Source: Minisyncoccia bacterium (lineage in GTDB: Bacteria; Patescibacteriota; Minisyncoccia; 2-02-FULL-40-12; IGHO2-01-FULL-4-A). Taken from it: a DNA stretch of 64,000 nt. The notes beneath the pieces were generated by a model. It was not told the origin of the DNA, did not search any database, and was given only the letters and a program-made list of their open reading frames with translations. Both the position numbers and the translations under genes were made by a program. The DNA lies in NCBI GenBank assembly GCA_050015375.1, contig JBEKBN010000006.1, positions 454 to 64,453 of the forward strand. Reading direction: 5' to 3'. Below, in pieces: positions 48,498 through 57,427 of this stretch (position 1 is the first letter of the stretch; each line of letters begins with the position of its first letter).

Positions 48498-49402
48498 TCC
48501 AAACATTCAAAAACGTTATTGGTCGCGGGTGGACGAATTTCAAGCGCAACAGATATCTTAGCTTGGCCGCCACCGGCGTGATGTCGCTTTCTTTGATATT
48601 GTTTTTGGGTCTTTTGTCTTTGCAATATGTTTCTACCGAATCCATCGCTTCTCTTGAAAACAAAGTTGATGTCAGCGTCTATTTCAAAACCGACGCTCCC
48701 GAAGACCAGATCCTCGGGGTCAAATCCGACCTCTTGGCTCAAGCCGATGTTCTGAGCGTGAATTATGTTTCCCGCGACCAGGCCTTGGCGGATTTCAAAG
48801 CCCGGCATTCCCAAGACGCCATGATCGAAGAGTCGCTGTCGCTTCTGGACGACAATCCGCTGGGCGCATCTCTGGATGTCAAAGCCAAAGAATTTTCCCA
48901 ATACGCTTCCATTGCTGATTTTTTGAATAACGATAAATACAAAAGCATCATTGAACAAGTCAACTTTGAAGAGAACAAAGGCGTCATTGACAGCATCGCC
49001 AACATTTCCAACTCCATCCGAAATTGGGGTTTGACGGCGACATTTTTGCTGGCGCTGATCGCGGTTCTGGTGACATTCAACACCGTCCGGCTGACGATCT
49101 TCAATCAAAAGCAAGAGATCGAGATCATGCGCTTGGTCGGCGCTTCCAACTGGCACATCCGCGGGCCATATCTGATGGAAGGCGGATTTTACGGACTTTT
49201 CGCGGCCATAATTTCGCTGGTCATCTTCTACCCGATCGTCTATTTGGTTTCGGGCAAGGTTTCCAACTTCGTCGAGCAGGTCAATCTCATCCAATATTTC
49301 ACCGACGGCGCCCTTGAGGTCGTTCTTCTGACCGTTTTTCTGGGCGTCGCCCTCGGCGTCATCTCCAGCTTCATCGCCATCAGGAAACATCTCAAGGTAT
49401 AA
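48494..49402 (+). CDS. ftsX: Cell division permease FtsX
   Basis: NTVRLTIFNQKQEIEIMRLVGASNWHIRGPY. Confidence 0.92.
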   Translation: MIQTFKNVIGRGWTNFKRNRYLSLAATGVMSLSLILFLGLLSLQYVSTESIASLENKVDVSVYFKTDAPEDQILGVKSDLLAQADVLSVNYVSRDQALADFKARHSQDAMIEESLSLLDDNPLGASLDVKAKEFSQYASIADFLNNDKYKSIIEQVNFEENKGVIDSIANISNSIRNWGLTATFLLALIAVLVTFNTVRLTIFNQKQEIEIMRLVGASNWHIRGPYLMEGGFYGLFAAIISLVIFYPIVYLVSGKVSNFVEQVNLIQYFTDGALEVVLLTVFLGVALGVISSFIAIRKHLKV

Positions 49403-49443
49403 AAAGAGCTCCATAATTTGGAGCCCCCGATAACAAGTGAAAT

Positions 49444-49830
49444 TTATTTGAAGAACAAAGTGAAATTGCCGATTATATGGCTGATTTTAGAACGGTTGAT
49501 TTTTTTCAATCCTCCGTCAATGATGTTAATTTCAACTTGGGTCGTTCCATCCGCAATTACGCTGCCAATATCTCGAATCATCACTTGGCCATCGTGGCCA
49601 ACCGCAAACCCACCCGGGATATTGCACTCTGTTTTTTGCAGACGCGTGACAGTGTGATGGAAACGAAGAGCGGTCCAGCACCGATTGCCCCTGCCCTCGG
49701 CAAAGTCGAAACACAAATAACCCCCGTCATCTAGTCGGATGCCGGAAACAGTTGATGAACCGTCTGGTCCATCAATTACATCGCCTACCCGAATTTCACT
49801 TGCGCGCACAACTTCACATTTTTTGATCAT
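49444..49830 (-). CDS. Orphan hypothetical protein
   Basis: AAAAGGAG SD; TTGACA...TACAAT promoter on the minus strand. Confidence 0.6.
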   Translation of the reverse strand: MIKKCEVVRASEIRVGDVIDGPDGSSTVSGIRLDDGGYLCFDFAEGRGNRCWTALRFHHTVTRLQKTECNIPGGFAVGHDGQVMIRDIGSVIADGTTQVEINIIDGGLKKINRSKISHIIGNFTLFFK

Positions 49831-49927
49831 TTCGCTCTCCTTTTCGGTTGTGACGGGACTTATTATTGTATATCAATATTATCGAATGTTGTCAATTCCT
49901 GATGGATAGCAGGGGAATATTCAGATG

Positions 49928-50674
49928 TTAAATCTGAATCTTGGAGAAGAGATAACTGCCTAGCGCCAGAAAGATGATGACGATGACCGTGAGAACGATG
50001 AGGTCTGTGGAAAGGCCGAAATTGGAAACTTGACCCGAAAGCGTCGTCCGGATGCCGTCAATGCCGTAACTTAACGGATTGAACTTGGCGATGTCGGTCA
50101 GAACGGACGGTGCGCCATTGAGAGGGAACAAAGCGCCCGACAGAAAGAACAACGGCATGACCAGGAAGTTGATGATAAGTTGAAACCCTTGCATATCGTC
50201 GAGGATAGAAGCGATAGCCGTGCCCAAGGCCGTGAAAAGCAAAGCGATAAGCAAACCGAACAGAAGCGCCAGAAGAACCAGATGAAATGCCGGAACATGC
50301 AGACCAATGAACAAAGAAATGATAAAAATGAGAACTCCTTGCATCAAAGCCACCGTCGCTCCACCCAGCGTTCGGCCGATCATTATCTCAAAACGCGAAA
50401 CTGGCGCCACCAACGTCTCTTTCAGAAAACCGAATTGTTTGTCCCAAATGATCTCAATGCCTGAGAAAACCGAAGTGAATAAAATTCCCATGGCGATGAT
50501 GCCCGGCGCCAAGAATTGGATATAATTACCACCTCCGGCTTTGGCAAAAACCGGCCCGAAGCCATAGCCCAAAGCCACCAAAAACAAGATCGGCTGGCCT
50601 AAAGAGCCGACGATTCTCGCTTTTGACCGCAGATATCTTTTTATTTGTCTCAACCAGAGAATGTAGATTACCAT
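49928..50674 (-). CDS. ABC-2 type (DrrB-like) permease
   Basis: FLAPGI, DKQFGFLKETLVAPVSR, PLFFLSGALFP, NPLSYGID. Confidence 0.93.
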   Translation of the reverse strand: MVIYILWLRQIKRYLRSKARIVGSLGQPILFLVALGYGFGPVFAKAGGGNYIQFLAPGIIAMGILFTSVFSGIEIIWDKQFGFLKETLVAPVSRFEIMIGRTLGGATVALMQGVLIFIISLFIGLHVPAFHLVLLALLFGLLIALLFTALGTAIASILDDMQGFQLIINFLVMPLFFLSGALFPLNGAPSVLTDIAKFNPLSYGIDGIRTTLSGQVSNFGLSTDLIVLTVIVIIFLALGSYLFSKIQI

Positions 50675-50691
50675 AAAAATTAAAATTTATT

Positions 50692-50720
50692 ATCGGCGTC
50701 GCGCGAAGCGCGACGCCGAT
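50692..50720. repeat. Perfect 13-bp hairpin capped by GCGAAGC between the ABC genes
   Basis: ATCGGCGTCGCGC-GAA-GCGCGACGCCGAT. Confidence 0.8.
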
Positions 50721-50730
50721 GCCAATTTTT

Positions 50731-51534
50731 TTATCGCCTCCGCCACAGACGCCCGCGCATCCGCATGTGATCCGCTGCGCCGGCTTCTTCATCGCGGATG
50801 CCATGACCCGTCAGATCAATGAAAGCGTCTTCGAGCAAGGTCTTTCCGGTCTTGGCTTTCAGTTCCTCGGCCGTTCCCTGGGCGACTATTTTTCCGTTAT
50901 CAATGACAGCCATGAGTGTCGCGTTACGGTCTGCCTCTTCCATGTAATGGGTTGTGAAAAAAACCGTCACGCCTTCTTCCTTGTTCAGATCCTTGATATA
51001 GGTCCAGATGTGATTGCGGGTTTGAGGGTCAAGGCCCTGGGTCGGCTCGTCCAAGAACAGGACTTTCGGATGATGCAAAAGCGCCCGGCCGATCTCAAGC
51101 CGGCGTTTCATGCCGCCAGAATATTTTTTGACCTGGTCGTTCCTTCTTTCCCAAAGTTCCAGCAATTTCAATAGCTGTTCAATGCGCGTTCTGCGGGTGG
51201 CTCTGGGAATGCCGTATAAAACTCCGTGAAGGTCCATATTCTCCCTTGCCGTGAGCTCGTCATCCAAACTTTGGTCTTGAAAACAGATACCAAAAGAATT
51301 TCTGACATCATTTTGCTGGCTGACCGGATCTTTGCCGTTGATGCGGATATAACCCGAAGTCGGGTGGAGAAGTGTCGTTAACATCTTGATGGTCGTGGTC
51401 TTGCCGGCGCCGTTGGGACCCAAAAAAGCAAAAACCTCGCCGTGTTTGACGTTGAACGTAATGTTATTAACGGCGGTGAAATCCTTGAATTTCTTGGTTA
51501 GATTTTTGACTTCAATGATCTGTTCGATTTCCAT
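50731..51534 (-). CDS. DrrA-like ABC ATP-binding protein
   Basis: GPNGAGKTT, YSGGMKRRLEI, LDEPTQGLDPQTR, TTHYMEEA. Confidence 0.95.
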   Translation of the reverse strand: MEIEQIIEVKNLTKKFKDFTAVNNITFNVKHGEVFAFLGPNGAGKTTTIKMLTTLLHPTSGYIRINGKDPVSQQNDVRNSFGICFQDQSLDDELTARENMDLHGVLYGIPRATRRTRIEQLLKLLELWERRNDQVKKYSGGMKRRLEIGRALLHHPKVLFLDEPTQGLDPQTRNHIWTYIKDLNKEEGVTVFFTTHYMEEADRNATLMAVIDNGKIVAQGTAEELKAKTGKTLLEDAFIDLTGHGIRDEEAGAADHMRMRGRLWRRR

Positions 51535-51569
51535 GTGTGAATATTACCTAAAACATCATGAGGTAAAAA

Positions 51570-52085
51570 TTAAGAATCCTTCGAGATCAAGCTGGCCGTG
51601 AAATATCCGACGATGATCCCGATAAGCGCGCCGCCGAGAATATCAGAAGGATAATGGACGCCGGCCATGACTCTGGCGACGCCCATCACGATACTGCCAA
51701 CAAAGAACGCCGTTCCCCAGCGTTTGTTGTAATAAAATATTATCATTGAAAGCGCGAAGAAGAAACTGGCGTGGCCGGAGGGAAAAGAATTGCCGCTCTC
51801 GGAGACGAGCTGGTGAACCTGATAAATAGCGAATGGCCGGGGATGATGGTAAAAATATCGGATGACCGTGGTCAAAATCCCGCGGGAAATGAAAACCGAA
51901 ATAATTCCGGCCCAAAAAACTTTCCAGCGAGTCGCCAAGAAAGGTTTCAACCATAAAAAGACCAAAAATAAAATTCCCAAAAGATACGCCCAGTAGATGG
52001 CGAAAAAAACCGTGAGCCAACTCAAAAAACCCGGCGAGCCGACGAGATCGTTCAAAGCAAAAAATATTTTTGTATCCAGATTCAT
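51570..52085 (-). CDS. PAP2-family phosphatase (undecaprenyl-diphosphatase-like)
   Basis: PRPF, SFPSGH, ARVMAGVHYPSD; start at the ATG regenerated by element B. Confidence 0.9.
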   Translation of the reverse strand: MNLDTKIFFALNDLVGSPGFLSWLTVFFAIYWAYLLGILFLVFLWLKPFLATRWKVFWAGIISVFISRGILTTVIRYFYHHPRPFAIYQVHQLVSESGNSFPSGHASFFFALSMIIFYYNKRWGTAFFVGSIVMGVARVMAGVHYPSDILGGALIGIIVGYFTASLISKDS

Positions 52086-52202
52086 CCCGTTAGAAGTCAC
52101 TGTTTCACAGCTAATCACCTAATTTATACAACTAACGACAGCTGACTTAATTAAAGTATCTATGGTTGCAAACCCGCTAGGGTGACTTCTAACGGGATTC
52201 AT
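52081..52202 (-). mobile_element. MITE-like element B on a duplicated start codon
   Basis: Minus strand ATGAAT-CCCGTTAGAAGTCAC...GTGACTTCTAACGGG-ATGAAT; ATGs 117 nt apart; homologous to element A. Confidence 0.85.
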
Positions 52203-52207
52203 TTTAT

Positions 52208-52663
52208 TTAACGGTTTTCGGCCTTGCTGGCGTAATAGTTCTCGATCAAGCCGGTGATGATTATCGCCAGAATTATCACGCCGACCACGAGCATGAAAAT
52301 ATCAAAAGTGTCGGGAAAAGCATAAACGCATAGGCGATTCAACGTCGTGCAGTTAAGCAAAAGTCCGATCTCATCGGCGAACAAACCGATGCCGGCGCCG
52401 ATAAAAATACTGGCCACCTCCAGCGGTCGTTTGTCCCGGCTAAGCACGCCCAGCACTCCACCGACGGAAAGAAAAAGCATACCGTAGAAAAAATGGTGGA
52501 TATGAAAGCCGTGAATATATATCACGCGGGTGACATACAAGGAATATAACCTTGCTCCAACAAAAAAGATCAAGAACGAAACCAGGATAACATTCAAAAG
52601 CCGTTTTTTTTCGTCCTTAAAATTGAAGATCCATCTGAAGGACCTGATGACCAAATTGGACAT
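52208..52663 (-). CDS. Four-TM membrane protein with HIHH motif
   Basis: GFHIHHFFYG, GIGLFADE. Confidence 0.75.
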   Translation of the reverse strand: MSNLVIRSFRWIFNFKDEKKRLLNVILVSFLIFFVGARLYSLYVTRVIYIHGFHIHHFFYGMLFLSVGGVLGVLSRDKRPLEVASIFIGAGIGLFADEIGLLLNCTTLNRLCVYAFPDTFDIFMLVVGVIILAIIITGLIENYYASKAENR

Positions 52664-52701
52664 TTCTCAATTTTACGACAAAAAATGATTCTGCGCCAGT
52701 A

Positions 52702-52965
52702 TTAATTTTTCTTGTTGACCCAATTCCAAACGGCGGCGAACAACCAGCCCACGATATACCAGGCCACGAAAGCCATGATCATCAATCCCACGAACCGCAG
52801 AATGGTCACGCCTTTGATTACGAAAGGATTGGCCAAATAATGCATCCTAAAAACCAGATCCAAGCCCCATTTTCCCAAACCGATCAAAACCACGATCGTC
52901 CACAAAAAATGAACAATGACCCCGAAAACTCCCAACGCAAGACCAGTTTTATTTTGATTTAACAT
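52702..52965 (-). CDS. Small membrane protein
   Basis: Hydrophobic 87 aa; AAGGGGTG SD. Confidence 0.7.
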   Translation of the reverse strand: MLNQNKTGLALGVFGVIVHFLWTIVVLIGLGKWGLDLVFRMHYLANPFVIKGVTILRFVGLMIMAFVAWYIVGWLFAAVWNWVNKKN

Positions 52966-52995
52966 TTAACACCCCCTTTCTATATATTTATTCTG

Positions 52996-53068
52996 CTGCG
53001 GGGCCTGGACTCGAACCAGGATCTTCAGATTCAGAGTCTGACGAGACTACCAATTGCTCAACCCCGCA
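52996..53068 (-). tRNA. tRNA-Gln(CTG)
   Basis: Minus strand TGCGGGG...TCAGA-CTCTGAA-TCTGA...GGTTCGAGTCC...CCCCGCA. Confidence 0.93.
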
Positions 53069-53166
53069 ATATTTGCATTATGCCTTAAAATTATTATTTT
53101 TTCAAATAAAATACCCCATGTTGTGCGTGTTAAGCGACAACATGGGGTCGTCTTTTTTCGGGCGTT

Positions 53167-55140
53167 TTATGTTGTTGGAGATTCCGACTTCAGAGCCGGA
53201 ACCTGTTTGGAGAACATTCCCGTCAAGGTAGCAGCCAAGCCGTCAAGAGAACCGCCACCGCCAGCCACAAGGATCTCGGGTACGATCTTGATGCCCTTGT
53301 CGGCCAAAACAGTGGCAATGTTGACAAGCATCGTGCCGGTCTGGCCGATAGCTTCATTTTGAGCCCTGAAGCCCTCGGCCTTGGCCACGCCCTGAGCTTT
53401 AATAACAGCGGCTTGGGCAAGACCAGTTTGTTCGACATACTTGGCCTCGCCTCGCCCTTCCTGTTCCCGAGCGTCGGCATTGTTTTTCTTGATGTCAATA
53501 CCAACCGCGGACTTAGCCAGGTCCTTTTGCATGTCAGCCTTGCCCGTTGCCTGTTCGGTCTCAATTCGCTGGTCCTGGGCGGTTCTTTGCATCTTGAATG
53601 TTGCCACCTGCTGATTGGCGATCTCCCGCTCAGTCAGAACTTTTACCAGTTCTTCGGGAAGCATGACATTCTGAATGTAGACGCCCTTTGTTTCAACCAT
53701 GTACACCTCAAGTTGCCTTGAGATGTGATCAGTTGCTTCCTCCTGAACTTTCTGCCTTGTCTCGATGAAAGTGACGGCTGGCATTCCGCCGAGTTTGTCT
53801 CGGAAGAGATTACCCACGGCTGCCTGAAGAACCTCGTTGACGAGATTCAGCATACTCCCAACCATGGAAATCACATAGGGTGCTTTTGTATCCGGGACAT
53901 GGATCAAAACCTGGAGATCAATGGTGAACACAAACCCCTCACAGCTCTTGGCCACAATAGGACTGAGCTTTTCGTCAAGTTTGTGGGCACCAGTAACACC
54001 TTCCGACCAGTCAAGCTTGAGAATGGCCGTGGGAACTACCTCGGCCTGGTAGATTCGCGGGTTAATGGGATACTTGCCGGTACGAAGCGGCTCTTCCCAA
54101 ATTCCGCGATGGCCGGGCTTGACCAGCGAGCCAAACTTGAATTCGGTGCCAGAAGTGTCTTCGGTGGGCAGGCCGACGTATGCCTTAATCACCGCCACCT
54201 GACCTTGTTCCACGACGAGCATAGGAACTTTCTCGACGCGAACAAGGAACGGGTTGAGGTTGTAGGCGCCATAGAGCAGTGGATCATGCTGGAGTCCGAT
54301 TTTGCCGCCTTTATCCAGGAAGGTCTGGAAATCCTGGTAGCTATTATGCGCGACATTCTTGCTACCAAGGATCGTCTCAATTAATTTGGCGTTTGTCGCG
54401 CCGCTTGATTCGAGCCCTTTGACATCATTGAACCCATCGAGACGACTGGCAATGTCACCTTCCGAGAGTGATTCTCCTTCAAGGGCAATGACAACACCGA
54501 CCATGTCAATGACATGTCCACCTTCCGTGGCTTTTGGTTCAATCCGAGTCACATCGAGACAGTCCACGTTGTCTTTCAGTTGATCCCATGCCTTGAAGGT
54601 GAGTTCTCCGTCCTTTGCAAGACGCCGAAGCTCTTCAGAAACTGGGACGCCGAAAACTTGCAGTTTGGTAATGACCAAAAAGGCCACAGGATGGATCGGA
54701 GCCAGAGTTCCCGGAGAAAGCACTGGCCGCTGGACACCCTTCTGGCCATCTTTAGTGATGAAGATGTCCAGGTCCGTGAAATTACCGAATTCAGATTTGT
54801 AAACCGCGGACTTGACACCCATTGGCGTTGGCTTGCCAACCTGGGCGATCACCACACCGATCTGACCGGCCGGAACTTGAACCCAAGGATGTTTGGTTAC
54901 AGCGTATAGAAAACAAAGCTTGAATCGGAGACCAGGCATCAACAATTCAGCCTGATATCCTGCCTCTTTGTGAAAAGCGATCGGATTGTCACCAGGCAGT
55001 TTTTTGCCGAAACGTTTTCTCACCAATCCGACCTGCGTGGGTCCGATTGAGTAGATTGAGCAGAAAACGACTAGAAGCACAACAAGTCCAAGAAAGGCTA
55101 AAAGCCCTCCAAGAACGAAAGCATCGAGATTAGGTGCCAT
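53167..55140 (-). CDS. SPFH/band 7 (flotillin-like) protein
   Basis: N-terminal TM, repeated VPAGQIGVV/VEQGQVAV units, SPFH core, coiled tail; AAGGAGGT SD. Confidence 0.85.
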   Translation of the reverse strand: MAPNLDAFVLGGLLAFLGLVVLLVVFCSIYSIGPTQVGLVRKRFGKKLPGDNPIAFHKEAGYQAELLMPGLRFKLCFLYAVTKHPWVQVPAGQIGVVIAQVGKPTPMGVKSAVYKSEFGNFTDLDIFITKDGQKGVQRPVLSPGTLAPIHPVAFLVITKLQVFGVPVSEELRRLAKDGELTFKAWDQLKDNVDCLDVTRIEPKATEGGHVIDMVGVVIALEGESLSEGDIASRLDGFNDVKGLESSGATNAKLIETILGSKNVAHNSYQDFQTFLDKGGKIGLQHDPLLYGAYNLNPFLVRVEKVPMLVVEQGQVAVIKAYVGLPTEDTSGTEFKFGSLVKPGHRGIWEEPLRTGKYPINPRIYQAEVVPTAILKLDWSEGVTGAHKLDEKLSPIVAKSCEGFVFTIDLQVLIHVPDTKAPYVISMVGSMLNLVNEVLQAAVGNLFRDKLGGMPAVTFIETRQKVQEEATDHISRQLEVYMVETKGVYIQNVMLPEELVKVLTEREIANQQVATFKMQRTAQDQRIETEQATGKADMQKDLAKSAVGIDIKKNNADAREQEGRGEAKYVEQTGLAQAAVIKAQGVAKAEGFRAQNEAIGQTGTMLVNIATVLADKGIKIVPEILVAGGGGSLDGLAATLTGMFSKQVPALKSESPTT

Positions 55141-55256
55141 AATTTTACCTCCTTTTACGTGTTTTTAAACATCAAAAAACACTAGTTAGACCATCCAACC
55201 AGTGTTCATTTATAATATACCAATAAGGTAAAGGATGTCAATAGCCACTAACTTTC

Positions 55257-56543
55257 ATGACCGTTTCTGATATAATTAAACAAATGGAGGAAAAAGAAAA
55301 TGAATTGAAATTCCCCAACGGGTTTTTGTGGGGGACGGCCACGTCAAGCTATCAGATAGAAGGTGGAATAAATAATTGCGACTGGGCCCAAGCGAATCGC
55401 GGTCCCTCGACAAGTTCAGGACATCAGATTCCTGATGCTGGGCGCGCTTGCGATAGTTACAATAAATACGAGGAGGATTTTGATATTGCCAAATCGCTTG
55501 GCCAGAACGCCCACCGTTTCTCTATAGAATGGGCGCGGATCGAGCCGGAAGAGGGAAAATTCGACGAGAAAGAAATCGAGCATTATAAAAAAGTGCTGGA
55601 CGCCTTGCGAACTCGCCCCCACACTCAAGATTTGAGTGTGGGGGGAACGGGATTGGAACCATTCGTGACCCTTTGGCATTTCACGCTTCCGGTTTGGTTC
55701 GCGAAAATGGGCGGTTTCGAAAATCCGAAATCACCGGAAATATTTTCCCGATATTGCGAATTTGTCGTTGGCAAAATGGGGGATAGAGTTCACCCTGTTA
55801 AATCCGGCGAAGCCGGTGCCGCGGAGCGGCAATTTAACAGGGTAAAATTCTGGGTAACTATAAACGAACCGATGGTTTATGCCTCGAATGGTTACCGAAA
55901 AGGTCAATGGCCGCCGTTTGAAAAAAATATTTTCAGGTTCATGAAGGTTATCAAAAATCTAATCATGTCGCACAATCTAGCATATGACAAAATCAAGAAC
56001 ATTGATCCTTCGGCTCAGATCGGCATCGCTAAAAATAATATAAATTTTGAGGCAAATTGGAACCCAATCAATCGCCTCTTGTCAAGCTTTCTGAATTTTT
56101 TCTGGAATCGCAGATTTTTGAATAAAATTTCACAGGATTTCATCGGTTTGAATTATTATTTCCACAAAAAGTTCGGGGATAGGGCGAAGTATCCGAAATC
56201 CGACATGGGTTGGGATATTTATCCGAAAGGAATTTATAATTTGCTGATGGAACTGAAAAAATATGGTAAACCGGTTTACATCACCGAAAACGGATTGGCG
56301 GACAAAGAAGACAAACAACGCGCCGATTTCATCCGTGAACATTTGAAATGGGTTTCGAGAGCGATCCGGGATGGCTCTGACTGCCGCGGATATTTTTATT
56401 GGTCGCTTCTGGATAATTTTGAGTGGGCGGAGGGTTACAAACAAAAATTCGGTTTGGTGGAAATTAATTTTGAAACAATGGAAAGAAAGATCAGGAATTC
56501 AGCGTGGGAATTTGCAAAAATTTGTAAAAATAACGAAATATGA
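55257..56543 (+). CDS. Glycoside hydrolase family 1 with three repeat-derived insertions
   Basis: FLWGTATSSYQIEG, RFSIEWARIEP, TINEP, ITENG, WSLLDNFEW. Confidence 0.95.
   Translation: MTVSDIIKQMEEKENELKFPNGFLWGTATSSYQIEGGINNCDWAQANRGPSTSSGHQIPDAGRACDSYNKYEEDFDIAKSLGQNAHRFSIEWARIEPEEGKFDEKEIEHYKKVLDALRTRPHTQDLSVGGTGLEPFVTLWHFTLPVWFAKMGGFENPKSPEIFSRYCEFVVGKMGDRVHPVKSGEAGAAERQFNRVKFWVTINEPMVYASNGYRKGQWPPFEKNIFRFMKVIKNLIMSHNLAYDKIKNIDPSAQIGIAKNNINFEANWNPINRLLSSFLNFFWNRRFLNKISQDFIGLNYYFHKKFGDRAKYPKSDMGWDIYPKGIYNLLMELKKYGKPVYITENGLADKEDKQRADFIREHLKWVSRAIRDGSDCRGYFYWSLLDNFEWAEGYKQKFGLVEINFETMERKIRNSAWEFAKICKNNEI
55612..55647. repeat. CCCCCACACTC palindromic mini-element, copy 3, in frame in GH1
   Basis: CTCG-CCCCCACACTCAA-GAT-TTGAGTGTGGGGG-GAA, encoding RPHTQDLSVGG. 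Confidence 0.88.
55789..55846. repeat. CCCTGTTAAAT...ATTTAACAGGG mini-element, in frame in GH1
   Basis: 11-bp inverted repeats enclosing CCGGC-GAA-GCCGG and GCCGC-GGA-GCGGC; encodes HPVKSGEAGAAERQFNRV. Confidence 0.85.
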
Positions 56544-57427
56544 TCTGGATCCTTCTGGCAATTCTGTCCCAATTCATCTCCGCCGGCGTTTACATGGCCG
56601 ACAAGTATCTTGTTGGACCCAAAGCCATCGGCCGGCCGGTGGTTTACGCCATCTATGTCTGCTTGCTTTCGGGTTTCGTTTTGGTTTTATTGCCTTTTGG
56701 CGTGGTTTTGCCGCTGACCTGGCCGCTAATTGCGCTTTGTCTGGGGATCACGGTTGCTTTCACGACTTCCCTATTATTTCTTTATTCCGCTCTTAAAACT
56801 TCTGATGTTTCGGATGTGGCGCCGGTCATGGGCGCGATCTCGGCCGTGGCCACATTGGCTTTCGGACTGTATTTTTTGGATTCAATGCTGCCCAGATTAT
56901 TTTTCATCGGCTTTCCGCTTTTGATATTCGGGACTTTTCTGATGTCGCGTTTTCGGTTTAATAAGAAATCCTCCTTTTATGTTATCGCCGCCGGAATTCT
57001 TTTCGGACTTTCATCGATTTTAATAAAAATATTGTTCGGAGAAACCTCATTTCTTAACGCGTTTTTCTGGTCGCGGATGACGAATGTTTTCGGCGCGATA
57101 ATTTTACTTTTGTGGCCGGCGAATTTCAAAGCCGTGTTCAGCAATGTCAAAAGTTCGACCGGCGGAACGAAAATTTTGGTCGTCGGCAACAAAACGCTGG
57201 CCGGTATCGCCTATCTCTTATCGCTGGTGGCAATAAAACTCGGCAATGTTACCGTCGTCAACTCATTGGCCGGTTTTGAATTCGTTTTTATTTTGCTTCT
57301 GGCTTTTATTTTCACTTATAAATTTCCGAAATATTTTCAAGAGGCCGTTCACAACAAAAACGACCGGCTGAAAAAGATCTGGGCTTCGGGTTTGATAATA
57401 ATCGGGTTCGTGATCATGTTCCTATGA
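56540..57427 (+). CDS. EamA/DMT-like membrane transporter
   Basis: About 10 TM segments; YSALKTSDVSDVAP; AIKLGNVTVVNSL. Confidence 0.75.
   Translation: MIWILLAILSQFISAGVYMADKYLVGPKAIGRPVVYAIYVCLLSGFVLVLLPFGVVLPLTWPLIALCLGITVAFTTSLLFLYSALKTSDVSDVAPVMGAISAVATLAFGLYFLDSMLPRLFFIGFPLLIFGTFLMSRFRFNKKSSFYVIAAGILFGLSSILIKILFGETSFLNAFFWSRMTNVFGAIILLLWPANFKAVFSNVKSSTGGTKILVVGNKTLAGIAYLLSLVAIKLGNVTVVNSLAGFEFVFILLLAFIFTYKFPKYFQEAVHNKNDRLKKIWASGLIIIGFVIMFL

Noticed and set aside
48170-49414. 414-aa minus-strand ORF
   Set aside because: Antisense shadow of ftsE/ftsX with no recognisable motif
53100-55200. Integrative island at tRNA-Gln carrying the SPFH gene
   Set aside because: The gene lies at the tRNA 5' side; no att duplication or integrase was seen
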